Assembly: GCA_019659125.1 (NCBI GenBank)
Contig: JAIFVX010000001.1
Coordinates: 15,437 to 79,436, forward strand
Length of the DNA: 64,000 nucleotides
Reading direction: 5' to 3'
Source of the DNA: Candidatus Pacearchaeota archaeon
Lineage (GTDB): Archaea > Nanobdellota > Nanobdellia > Pacearchaeales > GW2011-AR1
Part shown: positions 27,931-37,530 of the stretch, piece by piece
Position numbering within the stretch: position 1 is the first letter of the stretch
Layout of the letters: each line of letters starts with the position of its first letter
Notes under the pieces: model-generated
What the model saw: only the letters and a program-made list of their open reading frames with translations
Databases searched by the model: none
Told to the model about the DNA's origin: nothing
Program-made: the position numbers and the translations under genes

Positions 27931-28174
27931 AATAGAGTCGTTGGAGGAACAGAATGAACCATAAGCTCCCGAGAACTATATCAATAGCAAAGGAAAGATA
28001 GAAAGAAAGGGTAAGGTAGCAGACAGCAAGCACATACATGCCAAGCGCCGTTATAAGTGATGTCTGCAGAGTTACCGATCCCTTTTTCTTCCGGAAACCG
28101 TCATAAATCTGAGGAATAAGTGCATAGCCAAACAAAACTGTGCATGCAAAGATGACCATATCCTGCCAGATCAT
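27923..28174 (-). CDS. semiSWEET-like PQ-loop family membrane protein (83 aa, 3 TM)
   Basis: 3 predicted TM helices with the PQ motif (…ALIPQIYDGFRKKK…) after TM1, typical of PQ-loop/semiSWEET triple-helix bundles. Confidence 0.5.
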   Translation of the reverse strand: MIWQDMVIFACTVLFGYALIPQIYDGFRKKKGSVTLQTSLITALGMYVLAVCYLTLSFYLSFAIDIVLGSLWFILFLQRLYYG

Positions 28175-29235
28175 GGCATCTCCTTTAAAATCTTTATAAC
28201 ATAGTTGATGTCCTTTTTTGTGATGTCCTCATTCAAGGTAAATCGTAGAGCGCTCTTAATCTCCGTATCATTGATTCCCAGTGCTTGTAACGCACGTTTG
28301 TCCTCGGTCTTCGTGTCGCAGGCGCTTCCGGTTGAGCACATGATTCCTTTTTGTGAAAGGTAGAGAACAGCTTTCGCAGCATCCAGAGGAATAGAAACAT
28401 GCACATTATTGTAGATTCTCTTCTCTTTAGAGCCATTAATGAATCCTCCAAGGGGTTCTAATTGTTCCATGAAATAATCTCTCAGATTCTTTATCTTTCG
28501 CGTATCAACTTTTTTCATCAGTTTTAATGCTGCAGCAAATCCTACAATGCCAGGGACATTCTCAGTTCCTGAGCGCAATCCTCGTTCCTGCCCTCCCCCA
28601 TACATTAAGGGAGTAAGTGAAACTCCCTCCCTCACATATAACAATCCGATTCCTTTTGGACCCCCAATCTTATGTGCAGATGCCGACAGCATGTCAATAC
28701 CCATCGTTTTTACCTGTAAAGGTGCTTTGCCGAAACTTTGTACGGCATCAGTATGGAAGAGAGCTCCTTTTTTCTTGCAAAGCATGCCTATTTCTCGTAG
28801 GTCCTGCATTACCCCGAGCTCATTATGGGTATGGATGATTGAAACAAGCATTCCTTTATGCAGAGACTGTTCAAGTTTCTTCATATCGATCAATCCTTCA
28901 TGATTCACAGGAATTTGAACTGCATTGAGAATGCGCGCAGGCTCGTACACCGAGGCATGCTCGATAGCACTAATAATCGTTTTCTTCTTTAAGCCAAGAA
29001 TGGCAAGGTTATTTGATTCCGTAGCTCCAGATGTAAATATGATTTCCCAAGGCTTTGCACCAATCTCCTGCGCAATACTTTTTCGTGCTTCTTCGACTGC
29101 TGATCGTGCTCGCTCACCCATACTATGAGGGGAGCTTGGATTTCCATAGTCATGGAGAAAGTACCTCTCCATTACCTTCACCACTTCATTTTTTACTGAG
29201 GTAGATGCTGCAGTATCAAGATAGATGGTCTTCAT
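28171..29235 (-). CDS. iscS: cysteine desulfurase (NifS/IscS-like class V aminotransferase)
   Basis: 354 aa; IYLDTAASTSV N-terminus, PLP-lysine motif SASAHKIGGPKG, catalytic-loop SGSAC. Confidence 0.85.
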   Translation of the reverse strand: MKTIYLDTAASTSVKNEVVKVMERYFLHDYGNPSSPHSMGERARSAVEEARKSIAQEIGAKPWEIIFTSGATESNNLAILGLKKKTIISAIEHASVYEPARILNAVQIPVNHEGLIDMKKLEQSLHKGMLVSIIHTHNELGVMQDLREIGMLCKKKGALFHTDAVQSFGKAPLQVKTMGIDMLSASAHKIGGPKGIGLLYVREGVSLTPLMYGGGQERGLRSGTENVPGIVGFAAALKLMKKVDTRKIKNLRDYFMEQLEPLGGFINGSKEKRIYNNVHVSIPLDAAKAVLYLSQKGIMCSTGSACDTKTEDKRALQALGINDTEIKSALRFTLNEDITKKDINYVIKILKEMP

Positions 29236-29283
29236 TGCTAAAAGAACAGATACTGTTTTATATACCTTTCACAGTCCTTTTTC

Positions 29284-30081
29284 ATGGATGTCGATGCATT
29301 CAAGAAAACAGTCTACTCGTTTTATGAGAAGAACAAAAGGGATTTGCCCTGGAGAAAAGACCTATCACCATATAGTATTCTCGTCTCTGAAATCATGCTA
29401 CAACAAACCCAGGTTTCTAGGGTCATTAAGAAGTACCACGAATTTATGAAGCGCTTCCCAGATTTTCAATCGCTTGCATCTGCTTCAGCCTCGGAAGTGA
29501 TCAAGGAATGGTCTGGTCTCGGATATAATAGGCGAGCTCTTGCACTCAAAACGATAGCCGAGCAGGTAATAAAGGATCATCATGGAAAATTACCATCATC
29601 TCCCGAGGTCCTTGAAACGTTTCCAGGTATCGGTAAGGCAACTGCAGCCTCAATTGTCGCATTCGCATTTAACCTTCCCGTAGTTTTCATAGAGACAAAT
29701 GTAAGAAGTGTATTCATTCATCATTTCTTTAAGGGCCAGCAGGAAGTTTCTGACAAAGATATTCTTCCTCTAGTAAAAGTGACCTTAGATGAGCAAAACC
29801 CGCGTGAGTGGTACTATGCCCTCATGGATCTTGGCAGTGTCTTGAAGAAGGAGTATAATGCAAGCAGACAAAGTACACATTATACGAAGCAATCACCATT
29901 TCTAACATCAAATAGAAGAATTAGGGGAATGATTATCAAGCAGCTTGTCAAAGGCCCCAACGAAGAGGAAAAATTGAAAGATATATTGAATATAGATGAT
30001 GATGTGCTGCAGACTAACCTAAAGCAACTTGAAAAAGAGGGATTCATTATCAAGAAAGGGAAGAGTATACGATTAAGATAA
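29284..30081 (+). CDS. HhH-GPD DNA glycosylase, MutY/Nth-like but lacking the [4Fe-4S] cysteine cluster
   Basis: 265 aa; LPWR…PYSILVSEIMLQQTQV…GLGYNRRA…LETFPGIGKATAASIVAFAF (HhH-GPD); no CX6CX2CX5C motif downstream; C-terminal ~70 aa wHTH-like tail. Confidence 0.75.
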   Translation: MDVDAFKKTVYSFYEKNKRDLPWRKDLSPYSILVSEIMLQQTQVSRVIKKYHEFMKRFPDFQSLASASASEVIKEWSGLGYNRRALALKTIAEQVIKDHHGKLPSSPEVLETFPGIGKATAASIVAFAFNLPVVFIETNVRSVFIHHFFKGQQEVSDKDILPLVKVTLDEQNPREWYYALMDLGSVLKKEYNASRQSTHYTKQSPFLTSNRRIRGMIIKQLVKGPNEEEKLKDILNIDDDVLQTNLKQLEKEGFIIKKGKSIRLR

Positions 30082-30112
30082 GATTTATTAGTGATGTAAT
30101 TGTTGATACTGC

Positions 30113-30727
30113 ATGTCCGAGTATAAATTTGTCTATGAGACATCCATCTACCATAAGCTGAAGGTCTGGACTATTTTTCTCCTTATCATAGGGGTTTTGT
30201 TGACCATCTCATTCTTTTATTTTAAGAATCTTATAGCTCACCCAGGGGTTTTCACATCTCCCTTCTCCTCACTCACCAAATTCTTCAACAGTCAGCTTGA
30301 GAGCTTCACATTTTTCAAGCTCATCTATCTTTCATTCCTGAGCGAGCTTTTCTTCTCCCCCATACCGACAGAAATACTATTTCCCATATCGCTCAAGGCA
30401 GGCTTCCCATTTTTTCTTACGTTCTCAGTCCTTATAGTCATGGTCGTATTTACCAACTTTGTAAATTATACTATTGGGGAGAAACTGAGTTCGGTTATTA
30501 TGCAGCTGATCTCGAAGAAAAAGGTCTATGAAATAAGGCGATGGGTGGGCAAGTATGGATTCTATGCTATCTTGCTTGCGAACATGACTCCTGTTTTACC
30601 CTCTCCAGCCCTCTCATTTGCCGTAGGACTTACCAAGTACAATCGTACAAGGCTTTTCACAGCACTCCTTCTTGGAAGCGGCATCAAATATCTTGCTATT
30701 GGAGGAACGTATTTGTTCTTCAAGTAA
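30113..30727 (+). CDS. DedA/VTT-domain family membrane protein
   Basis: 204 aa multi-TM; …GKYGFYAILLANMTPVLPSPALSFAVGLTKY…LLLGSGIKYLAIGG pattern of the DedA/TVP38 family. Confidence 0.55.
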   Translation: MSEYKFVYETSIYHKLKVWTIFLLIIGVLLTISFFYFKNLIAHPGVFTSPFSSLTKFFNSQLESFTFFKLIYLSFLSELFFSPIPTEILFPISLKAGFPFFLTFSVLIVMVVFTNFVNYTIGEKLSSVIMQLISKKKVYEIRRWVGKYGFYAILLANMTPVLPSPALSFAVGLTKYNRTRLFTALLLGSGIKYLAIGGTYLFFK

Positions 30728-30768
30728 ATAATCAAAACCTTTTTATAACACAAGAACCTCCCCTGAAC

Positions 30769-31245
30769 ATGATAGAGGTTCTTTATGACAAATCTGCCCC
30801 CTTGGAAAAAACATTCAATGCCCATCGTCTTCTTGGCTCGAAAGTCCTTTCACCCGAAGGTCTGGTTGTAGGAAGAGTGAAGGAGATTCGTATCAGCCCC
30901 GATGATATGGATGTTGAAGGGATCATCGTGAGCCGAGGATGGTTCAAGAATACTATCTACATTGGAAAAAATTATTTCAAGAAGCTTTCACAGGAATCTC
31001 TTATCCTCTCAATAGAACCAACAATCCTTATTGAAGGAAGGGAAGTCATTAATTTTGAAGGAAAGAGGCTAGGGAAAATTACGCGTATAGAAAGAGCAGA
31101 CACCACAAATGCAATACGACAGATTGTTATCAAGCGCATGTTCCATCAAGAGGTAGTTATCCCGGGGAAATTCATCCAGGGTATAGGAAAGTCAGTCATT
31201 CTAAAAGAGTCCTATGATAAACCTGAAGCAGTTCAACGAACTTAA
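30769..31245 (+). CDS. PRC-barrel domain protein
   Basis: ORF 30541..31245 trimmed to the ATG at 30769 (MIEVLYDK) to avoid overlap with the DedA gene; LLGSKVLSPEGLVVGRVKEIRI…EGIIVS PRC-barrel signature. Confidence 0.6.
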   Translation: MIEVLYDKSAPLEKTFNAHRLLGSKVLSPEGLVVGRVKEIRISPDDMDVEGIIVSRGWFKNTIYIGKNYFKKLSQESLILSIEPTILIEGREVINFEGKRLGKITRIERADTTNAIRQIVIKRMFHQEVVIPGKFIQGIGKSVILKESYDKPEAVQRT

Positions 31246-31678
31246 CGCGATAACATCTGATGACGTCCTTGGCAAAGAAGTCATAGATATGAATGGGGAA
31301 TTTCTTGGAGTCGTTGAAACGCTGTTCATTCATCCCCAGAACATCGAGGTCATAGGCATCCAGATTGACAAAGGATTCTTGAGAAGAGGATTGCTGATTG
31401 GCAAAGATCATATCGAAAAGGTGACTCCTCATGCCGTATTCCTTAAGATAAAACCAGCAGTTAGTGTCAAAGGAATGAAGGTATTTGACAGCGACGGCAA
31501 GGATATAGGGACGGTCATGGGGCTCTCGGTGAAGCAGGGAACGAATGAAATCGACAATCTTGCAGTTTCTTCTCCATTCTTTAAGAAAAAAGTAAACATT
31601 GCAGGAGATCTCATAAAATTCATCGGCTACAATGTCTTTCTCACCGACAAGCGGGAAAATCTTAAATTGCCAGATTAG
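31214..31678 (+). CDS. PRC-barrel domain protein (tandem paralog)
   Basis: 154 aa; VLGKEVIDMNGEFLGVVETLFI…VIGIQIDKG PRC-barrel signature. Confidence 0.6.
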   Translation: MINLKQFNELNAITSDDVLGKEVIDMNGEFLGVVETLFIHPQNIEVIGIQIDKGFLRRGLLIGKDHIEKVTPHAVFLKIKPAVSVKGMKVFDSDGKDIGTVMGLSVKQGTNEIDNLAVSSPFFKKKVNIAGDLIKFIGYNVFLTDKRENLKLPD

Positions 31679-31735
31679 ATGTAATGTATTTTACACTACA
31701 TATTAATTTTTAAACTAGACAGCCAATTAAACATC

Positions 31736-32542
31736 ATGACTGCTTTGATGTCAAGACCTTCGGAAGAAGTATCGACTGATAACCTAGATTCCTCTGCTCT
31801 TTTAGATTTAGTAAGAAAAAGAGAATCGGGATTGAGAAGTAAACTACAATCTCAGAAGGATGAACTTGATAAAGGTCAAGAAGATACATTTAAATTCCTG
31901 CAATATAGCTACAATTTAATAGCTAAAATAGATAGCACACCTTTCATTTCATACGACAAAAAGGTAGCAGAGAATCCTTATCATTGGTTTTTGACGTTTC
32001 CCCCACAATTTAAAGAAGGAGAAATGAGTTACTCGGAAGGACAGTTTAAGCAGTTTTCAGCTGCGGTGGAAAAGGGCAATGAAACAATGGACACATTAAT
32101 TAAGATATATAATGAAAGTGAGAAACGTGTCATATTAAAAGCCCTTTTGCCAAACGGCCAAGGGTATCATTCTTCAATAGGCAACAGAGACAAGGGCTTT
32201 GAAACGGGAGGAAATCCTGTCAAGGTATGGTGGAGAACATTTGCATTACCTAATTTATTAGATAAGCCGTTGCTTGCCAAAGCTCTTGAATTTGACCATG
32301 CCGTAGACAGCGAGCATCGAGGACATCTCCAAGGAAAGAAGTATGGCTTTAGGATAGTTAATACTTCTGAGAACGAACTTAAACCCCTTTTCTTATGGAG
32401 ACAATACTATGCAGGTAGTCATTGCCCAACATTTGAGAAGATGGATCATCTCTTGCTTGAACAAATGGGTGTTGACCCGAAGTCACAAGATCGATTGAAG
32501 TATAATTTGTGGGCAGACAGACATGATACGCGAGATGTATAA
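31736..32542 (+). CDS. hypothetical protein (268 aa)
   Basis: ORF track; no motif recognised. Confidence 0.4.
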   Translation: MTALMSRPSEEVSTDNLDSSALLDLVRKRESGLRSKLQSQKDELDKGQEDTFKFLQYSYNLIAKIDSTPFISYDKKVAENPYHWFLTFPPQFKEGEMSYSEGQFKQFSAAVEKGNETMDTLIKIYNESEKRVILKALLPNGQGYHSSIGNRDKGFETGGNPVKVWWRTFALPNLLDKPLLAKALEFDHAVDSEHRGHLQGKKYGFRIVNTSENELKPLFLWRQYYAGSHCPTFEKMDHLLLEQMGVDPKSQDRLKYNLWADRHDTRDV

Positions 32543-32550
32543 AACAAACT

Positions 32551-32928
32551 CTACTTTTTATCGCAACCTGAAAGAACTCGAAGTTGATCAAGAGTCTTGA
32601 AACCATACACAACGCTGTTGTTGATATACCATGCAGGAACACTCCTGATATTCTTACACTGATTCATATCAGTACAATCAATGAATGAAATCTCTCCAAA
32701 TGCGTTCCCAAACACCCTCTCCTGCTTCTCGCAGTCTGCACACGTAGCAGAAGTATAGAATTCACTTCCCTTGTTTTTTAAACATTGAGCAAGCTTAAGA
32801 CTCTCGTCTTCTCCGCTTAAGTATCCAGTAACCTTGGAGAACCAATCAGTGAATAAATAGAGTCCGGCAACAAGGATGACAAGAACAGCAAAGGTTACAT
32901 AGAGTCTTCTTCGTGCATCCATCTCCAA
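32551..32928 (-). CDS. membrane-anchored thioredoxin/glutaredoxin-fold protein (CxxC)
   Basis: N-terminal TM; FYTSATCADCEKQ (CxxC) and C-terminal VPAWYINNSVVYGFKTLDQL reminiscent of Grx/Trx-fold proteins. Confidence 0.45.
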   Translation of the reverse strand: MEMDARRRLYVTFAVLVILVAGLYLFTDWFSKVTGYLSGEDESLKLAQCLKNKGSEFYTSATCADCEKQERVFGNAFGEISFIDCTDMNQCKNIRSVPAWYINNSVVYGFKTLDQLRVLSGCDKK

Positions 32929-32997
32929 TCGTAGGAAGTGATACTTTTAAGGATTTCTAAACACAATCTTTATAAAACGGACTTAGTATAGTAATGT

Positions 32998-33561
32998 ATG
33001 ATTCCCGTGCTTTGGATTGGATTGGTTGTTGCTGGCCTTATTGTCCTCTTGATATTCATGTTTGTAATGTACTATAACAGATTTGTTGTCTTAGACAATA
33101 GGATCGACAATAGTCTAGCACAGATAGATGTTCAGCTTAAAAAACGAGCAGATCTAGTTCCTAATCTTCTTGAGACGGTGAAGGGATACATGAAACATGA
33201 GAAATCCATCATCAAATCGGTGACCGATGCTCGACAGGCCATGATGTCAGCATCAAACCTTCCAGATCGGGCCAAAGCAGGTGCAGATCTTCAGACTGCC
33301 TTGCGTTCAGTCTTTGCAATCTCGGAAAATTATCCTCAGTTGAAGGCAAATGAAGGCTTCGTCCAGCTTCAGCAGGATCTTTCAGCTATTGAGGACAAAA
33401 TCGCATACGCACGACAGTTCTACAATGATGCGATTGTCACATACAATAACTCCGTCGAGACATTCCCTGGAGTCATGTTTGCGAACCTCTGGCACAAGAA
33501 GCCTAAACCACAACTCACCATCAAGGAAGAAGAAAAGGCAGTTCCTAAAGTTCAATTCTAA
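32998..33561 (+). CDS. lemA: LemA family protein
   Basis: N-terminal TM then YNRFV…QIDVQLKKRADLVPNLLETVKGYMKHE…YPQLKANEGF… characteristic LemA motifs. Confidence 0.85.
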   Translation: MIPVLWIGLVVAGLIVLLIFMFVMYYNRFVVLDNRIDNSLAQIDVQLKKRADLVPNLLETVKGYMKHEKSIIKSVTDARQAMMSASNLPDRAKAGADLQTALRSVFAISENYPQLKANEGFVQLQQDLSAIEDKIAYARQFYNDAIVTYNNSVETFPGVMFANLWHKKPKPQLTIKEEEKAVPKVQF

Positions 33562-33568
33562 GGTCTCA

Positions 33569-34150
33569 TTATATCTTCTGAGGGAAAGCTCTCTTGTAAA
33601 TCAACGCAAATACAACACCAAAGACAAATCCTCCTACATGGGCCCAGAAGGCAATGCCACTACTTGCTCCAAATAATCCTGCTGTCCCGCTGAAAAGCTG
33701 GAGTATAAACCAGAGACCGAGCATGACGAATGCTGAAACTCTGCCGACGCCTCCACCTCCCGTTATATACACGCCAGCATTGGGGAAGAAGACAATGTAT
33801 GCCCCGAGCACTCCACTGATGGCTCCGCTCGCTCCTACTGAAGGAATGACTGATCCGATATTCAGAAGAAAATGGGAAAGTGTTGCAGCTACTCCTGCAA
33901 GAAGATAAAAAACAAGATAGGTGAAATGCCCCAGTCTGTCTTCAACGTTATCTCCGAAAATATAGAGAAACCACATATTTCCAAGAAGGTGCGCCCATCC
34001 TCCATGCAGGAACATGCTGGTAAAGATAGTAGTGATGCTAAAATATGCAGGTGTAAATCCATAGGTTGCTATGATTCCATCAAGGTTCTGCAGGGAGATA
34101 ACGAAAATAATAACGTTAAGAGCGATCAGTACCCAGTTAACTATGTTCAC
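33569..34150 (-). CDS. rhomboid-family intramembrane serine protease
   Basis: 193 aa, 6 TM; FLHGGWAHLLGNMWFLYIFG and catalytic GASGAISGVLGAY … H motif. Confidence 0.85.
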   Translation of the reverse strand: MNIVNWVLIALNVIIFVISLQNLDGIIATYGFTPAYFSITTIFTSMFLHGGWAHLLGNMWFLYIFGDNVEDRLGHFTYLVFYLLAGVAATLSHFLLNIGSVIPSVGASGAISGVLGAYIVFFPNAGVYITGGGGVGRVSAFVMLGLWFILQLFSGTAGLFGASSGIAFWAHVGGFVFGVVFALIYKRAFPQKI

Positions 34151-34216
34151 CCCTACACTAGATTATCATCACGAAGAGGAAAGAATTGCGCTCGTTTGGA
34201 GACCATAGAAGTATAC

Positions 34217-35092
34217 TTAGGAGGCTACAACAATATTTAACTCTTTTGAAGCAAGGAATTCGTTAAGGCACTCTTCACAGCAGCACCCTGCCAGCTTTCT
34301 ATCACATGCAGAGCACAGTGATGTGAATTTATTGCAGGTCTTATTTCTGCAATCCTTGTATAAGTCACACTTGATTCCACACCCTTCGCATAAAGAAAGT
34401 GAAGATTCATCTCCTGCACTCATGAGCCTCTTGTCAAAGACAAAGCATTTCCCTTCCCAGGCGGTGTTAGGAAGCTGCTGCACAAAGTTCAAGATTCCAC
34501 CATCAAGTTGTACAACATTCTTAAATCCCTGCTGGATGAGGTATGCAGATGCTTTCTCGCATCGTATCCCTCCCGTGCAATACATGGCAATTTTCTTGTC
34601 TTTTTTATCCTTTAAAGATTCGGCAAATGCGGGAAAGTCTCTAAAATTAGAAGTGGAAGCGGTAATAGCATTCTTGAATTTCCCCACACGTGATTCATAT
34701 TCATTTCTTGCGTCGACAATCAAAACATCCTTATCATTATAAAGATCAAGAAACTCTTGAGGAGAGATATGCTTTCCCGTCTTTGTCAGGTCTACTTCTT
34801 GCTCAAACCGGACAATCTCTTTCTTCACTTTGACAACCATCCGGTTGAACGGATGTAACTCTCCTTGTTCCTCTTTAAATTGAATGCCTGAAAAAAGAGG
34901 GTTTTTTATCATACATTCTCTATAGGTCTCAATCTGCTCCTTACTTCCCGAGACCGAACCATTGATACCCTCTTCAGCAACCAGTATTCTTCCCAGCAGG
35001 CCCAGCTGCTTGCAATACTCTTTGTGCTTTACAGCAAATTCTTGAGGGCTGTCTATCTTTACGTACTTGTAAAACAATACTATCTGCACCAT
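34217..35092 (-). CDS. trhO: rhodanese-domain tRNA uridine(34) hydroxylase TrhO/YceA-like, with Cys-rich C-terminal extension
   Basis: IVLFYKYVKI…LGLLGRILVAEEGINGSV… (UPF0176 N-domain), rhodanese CTGGIRCEKA…QLDGGI; C-terminal 60 aa contains 13 Cys (CEGCGIKCDLYKDCRNKTCNKFTSLCSACDRKLAGCCCEEC). Confidence 0.75.
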   Translation of the reverse strand: MVQIVLFYKYVKIDSPQEFAVKHKEYCKQLGLLGRILVAEEGINGSVSGSKEQIETYRECMIKNPLFSGIQFKEEQGELHPFNRMVVKVKKEIVRFEQEVDLTKTGKHISPQEFLDLYNDKDVLIVDARNEYESRVGKFKNAITASTSNFRDFPAFAESLKDKKDKKIAMYCTGGIRCEKASAYLIQQGFKNVVQLDGGILNFVQQLPNTAWEGKCFVFDKRLMSAGDESSLSLCEGCGIKCDLYKDCRNKTCNKFTSLCSACDRKLAGCCCEECLNEFLASKELNIVVAS

Positions 35093-35168
35093 CTCATAAT
35101 GTGAAAAAAAGCTCTTATAAACCTTTAGAAATCACAAGCCTTAAAAACCGCATCTACACGTCAATATC

Positions 35169-35834
35169 ATGGAAAACCAGCATGCAAGCAGGAAAGGAGT
35201 AGCTATTTTTATGTTTGGAACTATGCGTGTTCCCAAGCCAGGAATGTTGTTTTTCAAGCAGCCGACCGAACATGTACTTGCTACTCATCATAAAGACCTC
35301 GATATGATGACTCCCCTATTAGAACACTCCGATATTACAGAACCATATATTGCGACAGTTGCCAGAGGTCTAGAAGAAGAGGTTAAAGGTGACTCCACAT
35401 ACTATCTTTTGAATACTGGTCGTATGACTGAGAGAGGAAGCGGCCGTAAGATATACAAACCTTATTCAGATCGATCGTTCCCAGGCGTCGGAGGAGCTGA
35501 AGGAGTCCATAGCTTTCTTGTAGAAGCAACACATCCTGAAAACGTCATCGTGGATGAGGAAGAAGCATCGGCGTATATCTGGATTCCAGTACCTCATTTA
35601 CAGGGAGGCCACCCGATTCATTTTAAGGGTAGGGTCTATGAATGCTATGATCATGCATTCCAGTCATTTAAACGGGCAAGCGACATCTACCACAATTGGA
35701 AGCAACGATCAAGCCAACCTAACCTTCACCCCGATCTCATAAAACTGCCTATTGAGAGAACACAGGAACTTAATCATAAGGGGGAATTTCTTGATAAAAT
35801 CAGAGCTCAGCGTTCAGCCCGATATTCAGCGTGA
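35169..35834 (+). CDS. hypothetical protein (221 aa), possibly a degenerate Nudix-fold protein
   Basis: VAIFMF…GMLFFKQ…EPYIATVARGLEEEVKG loosely resembles a Nudix box (E-x7-RGLEEE); weak. Confidence 0.35.
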   Translation: MENQHASRKGVAIFMFGTMRVPKPGMLFFKQPTEHVLATHHKDLDMMTPLLEHSDITEPYIATVARGLEEEVKGDSTYYLLNTGRMTERGSGRKIYKPYSDRSFPGVGGAEGVHSFLVEATHPENVIVDEEEASAYIWIPVPHLQGGHPIHFKGRVYECYDHAFQSFKRASDIYHNWKQRSSQPNLHPDLIKLPIERTQELNHKGEFLDKIRAQRSARYSA

Positions 35835-36460
35835 AACTGGTCAAGATACTTCTCCATAAACTGATGCCTTTCCAGAGCCATTTTCTTTCCAGTCTCAGTA
35901 TTCATCCTATCTTTTAACAACAAAAGTTTCTCATAAAAGTGATTGATACCAGTCCCTTTAGATGCCTTGTACTGTTCAAATGATGTGTGAGATGTAGGAA
36001 CAATCTCAGGATTGTGAATTTCTCTGCCTTTATACCCTCCATAGGCAAAGCATCGGGCAATGCCAATAGCTCCTAAAGCATCTAGCCTGTCACCATCTTG
36101 GACAACCTGTCCCTCCAAAGAACTCATCGGAGTGGCAACGCCAGCTCCCTTGAATGATATCTCTTTAATAATCGCAGTTACTCGATCTATAGTGCTTTCA
36201 TCAACCCTACAGGTACTCAACCATTCTCGTGCAAGCCGTGGAGCAACGGATTCATCACCCATAGTAAACTTCCAGTCGGCAATGTCGTGCAACAACGCCC
36301 CGAGCTCAACGATAAACAAATCAGCCTTCTCTTCTTTCCCAATCTTTACCGCCATGGCGTAGACCCTCTGGATGTGTTGCCAGTCATGGCCGCTTCCTTC
36401 CCCTTCGAGGGTTTTCCTGACATACACCTTAGTCATCGAGATAACATCCTCTTTAATCAT
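35807..36460 (-). CDS. HD-domain phosphohydrolase
   Basis: H…HD motif (WQHIQRV…GALLHDIADWKF) and downstream D; ~210 aa. Confidence 0.7.
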   Translation of the reverse strand: MIKEDVISMTKVYVRKTLEGEGSGHDWQHIQRVYAMAVKIGKEEKADLFIVELGALLHDIADWKFTMGDESVAPRLAREWLSTCRVDESTIDRVTAIIKEISFKGAGVATPMSSLEGQVVQDGDRLDALGAIGIARCFAYGGYKGREIHNPEIVPTSHTSFEQYKASKGTGINHFYEKLLLLKDRMNTETGKKMALERHQFMEKYLDQFHAEYRAER

Positions 36461-36646
36461 AGTTCTTAAACACTAACTTTCATTAAAAGCATTGTGGCGT
36501 TCACCTGGCAAGTTCGTTTAACTGTAATTCCTCAAAAATGGCGGCATTATTACCGAAAGCTTAAAATACTTCTTTCACGGCCTAGAATTGCTTCTAGCGA
36601 GTGTGGTGATTGTGTGTGGTTCGCTTAAACTAACAGTTCAACAAAA

Positions 36647-37501
36647 ATGGTGATACGGAATCAGGAAACAAAAAAAGTTGTATGCTCTCTTATTCTGGAT
36701 ACGCAGTACGAAAATGATATACGAGTTCTTTTAGGAAAGGTCAAAGACAGTCATCGAGATCATGGGCTGAGTGTTATTCCCGTAGGGTGCGGCCATGTCG
36801 ATTATCTACCCTGGAAACAAAGGGACGAAACCCCGTGGGAGGCTCTCCATGGTGAGCTTCATGAAGAGGCTTCAGGTTCATGGGGACTGAGAGCATATAG
36901 CAAGAATGTCTATGAAAAAGCAAAAAGCTTGCTTGAGGAGAAATTCGGCACTGATGAGAATCTCTCTATTTTTGAAAAAGCAGTAGATAAAGGATGGTGC
37001 AGTAATCATCATATTCGTCATGCTGTTCAAAACAAGGCCAAGTACTATGAGATAGTAAGGGATGGGCGAATGGGAGAGATAAGCATGCAGTTAAAGGAAG
37101 AAGTAGTAACTCCATGGATCACCTTTCCCTATAAGGATGGTGAGGCTTATGTATATCTCACCGAGTTGATTTCAATACCACATAAACCTTCAAGAATACA
37201 GGCAAGTGATACTGAATATGAATACACGCGATGGGTGTCTCAACATAGGCTAGAAAAAAACCCTGCGTTTTTAAGAAAGAACAAGTATGAAAGCGCAGAG
37301 ATTCCGGAGAGTGTAAGGGCCCTGTCTCTTAGTGGAATACGAGGATATCAAGATATAATCTCTCTTAAGAGAAAGTATGGATTTTCACTCCCCACGATAC
37401 CCGTATCAAAAGGATACAGCTGGGGCAGTCAAGTAGAAAAAGCACCTCGTTTCTTACAACCCGATGATTCTCTACAATTTACATACAGTGCTGCATCATA
37501 G
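36647..37501 (+). CDS. hypothetical protein (284 aa) with degenerate Nudix-like N-terminal region
   Basis: VVCSLILD…IRVLLGKVK…IPVGCGHVD…ETPWEALHGELHEEASG resembles a Nudix box with R->G; weak. Confidence 0.35.
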   Translation: MVIRNQETKKVVCSLILDTQYENDIRVLLGKVKDSHRDHGLSVIPVGCGHVDYLPWKQRDETPWEALHGELHEEASGSWGLRAYSKNVYEKAKSLLEEKFGTDENLSIFEKAVDKGWCSNHHIRHAVQNKAKYYEIVRDGRMGEISMQLKEEVVTPWITFPYKDGEAYVYLTELISIPHKPSRIQASDTEYEYTRWVSQHRLEKNPAFLRKNKYESAEIPESVRALSLSGIRGYQDIISLKRKYGFSLPTIPVSKGYSWGSQVEKAPRFLQPDDSLQFTYSAAS

Positions 37502-37530
37502 TTTAAATACATCTTCTTCCTTTTTCTTCT

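Noticed and set aside
30541-30768. Long upstream part of ORF 30541-31245 overlapping the DedA-like gene in another frame
   Set aside because: Hydrophobicity and motif content favour the DedA frame there; the PRC-barrel homology begins after the internal ATG at 30769.
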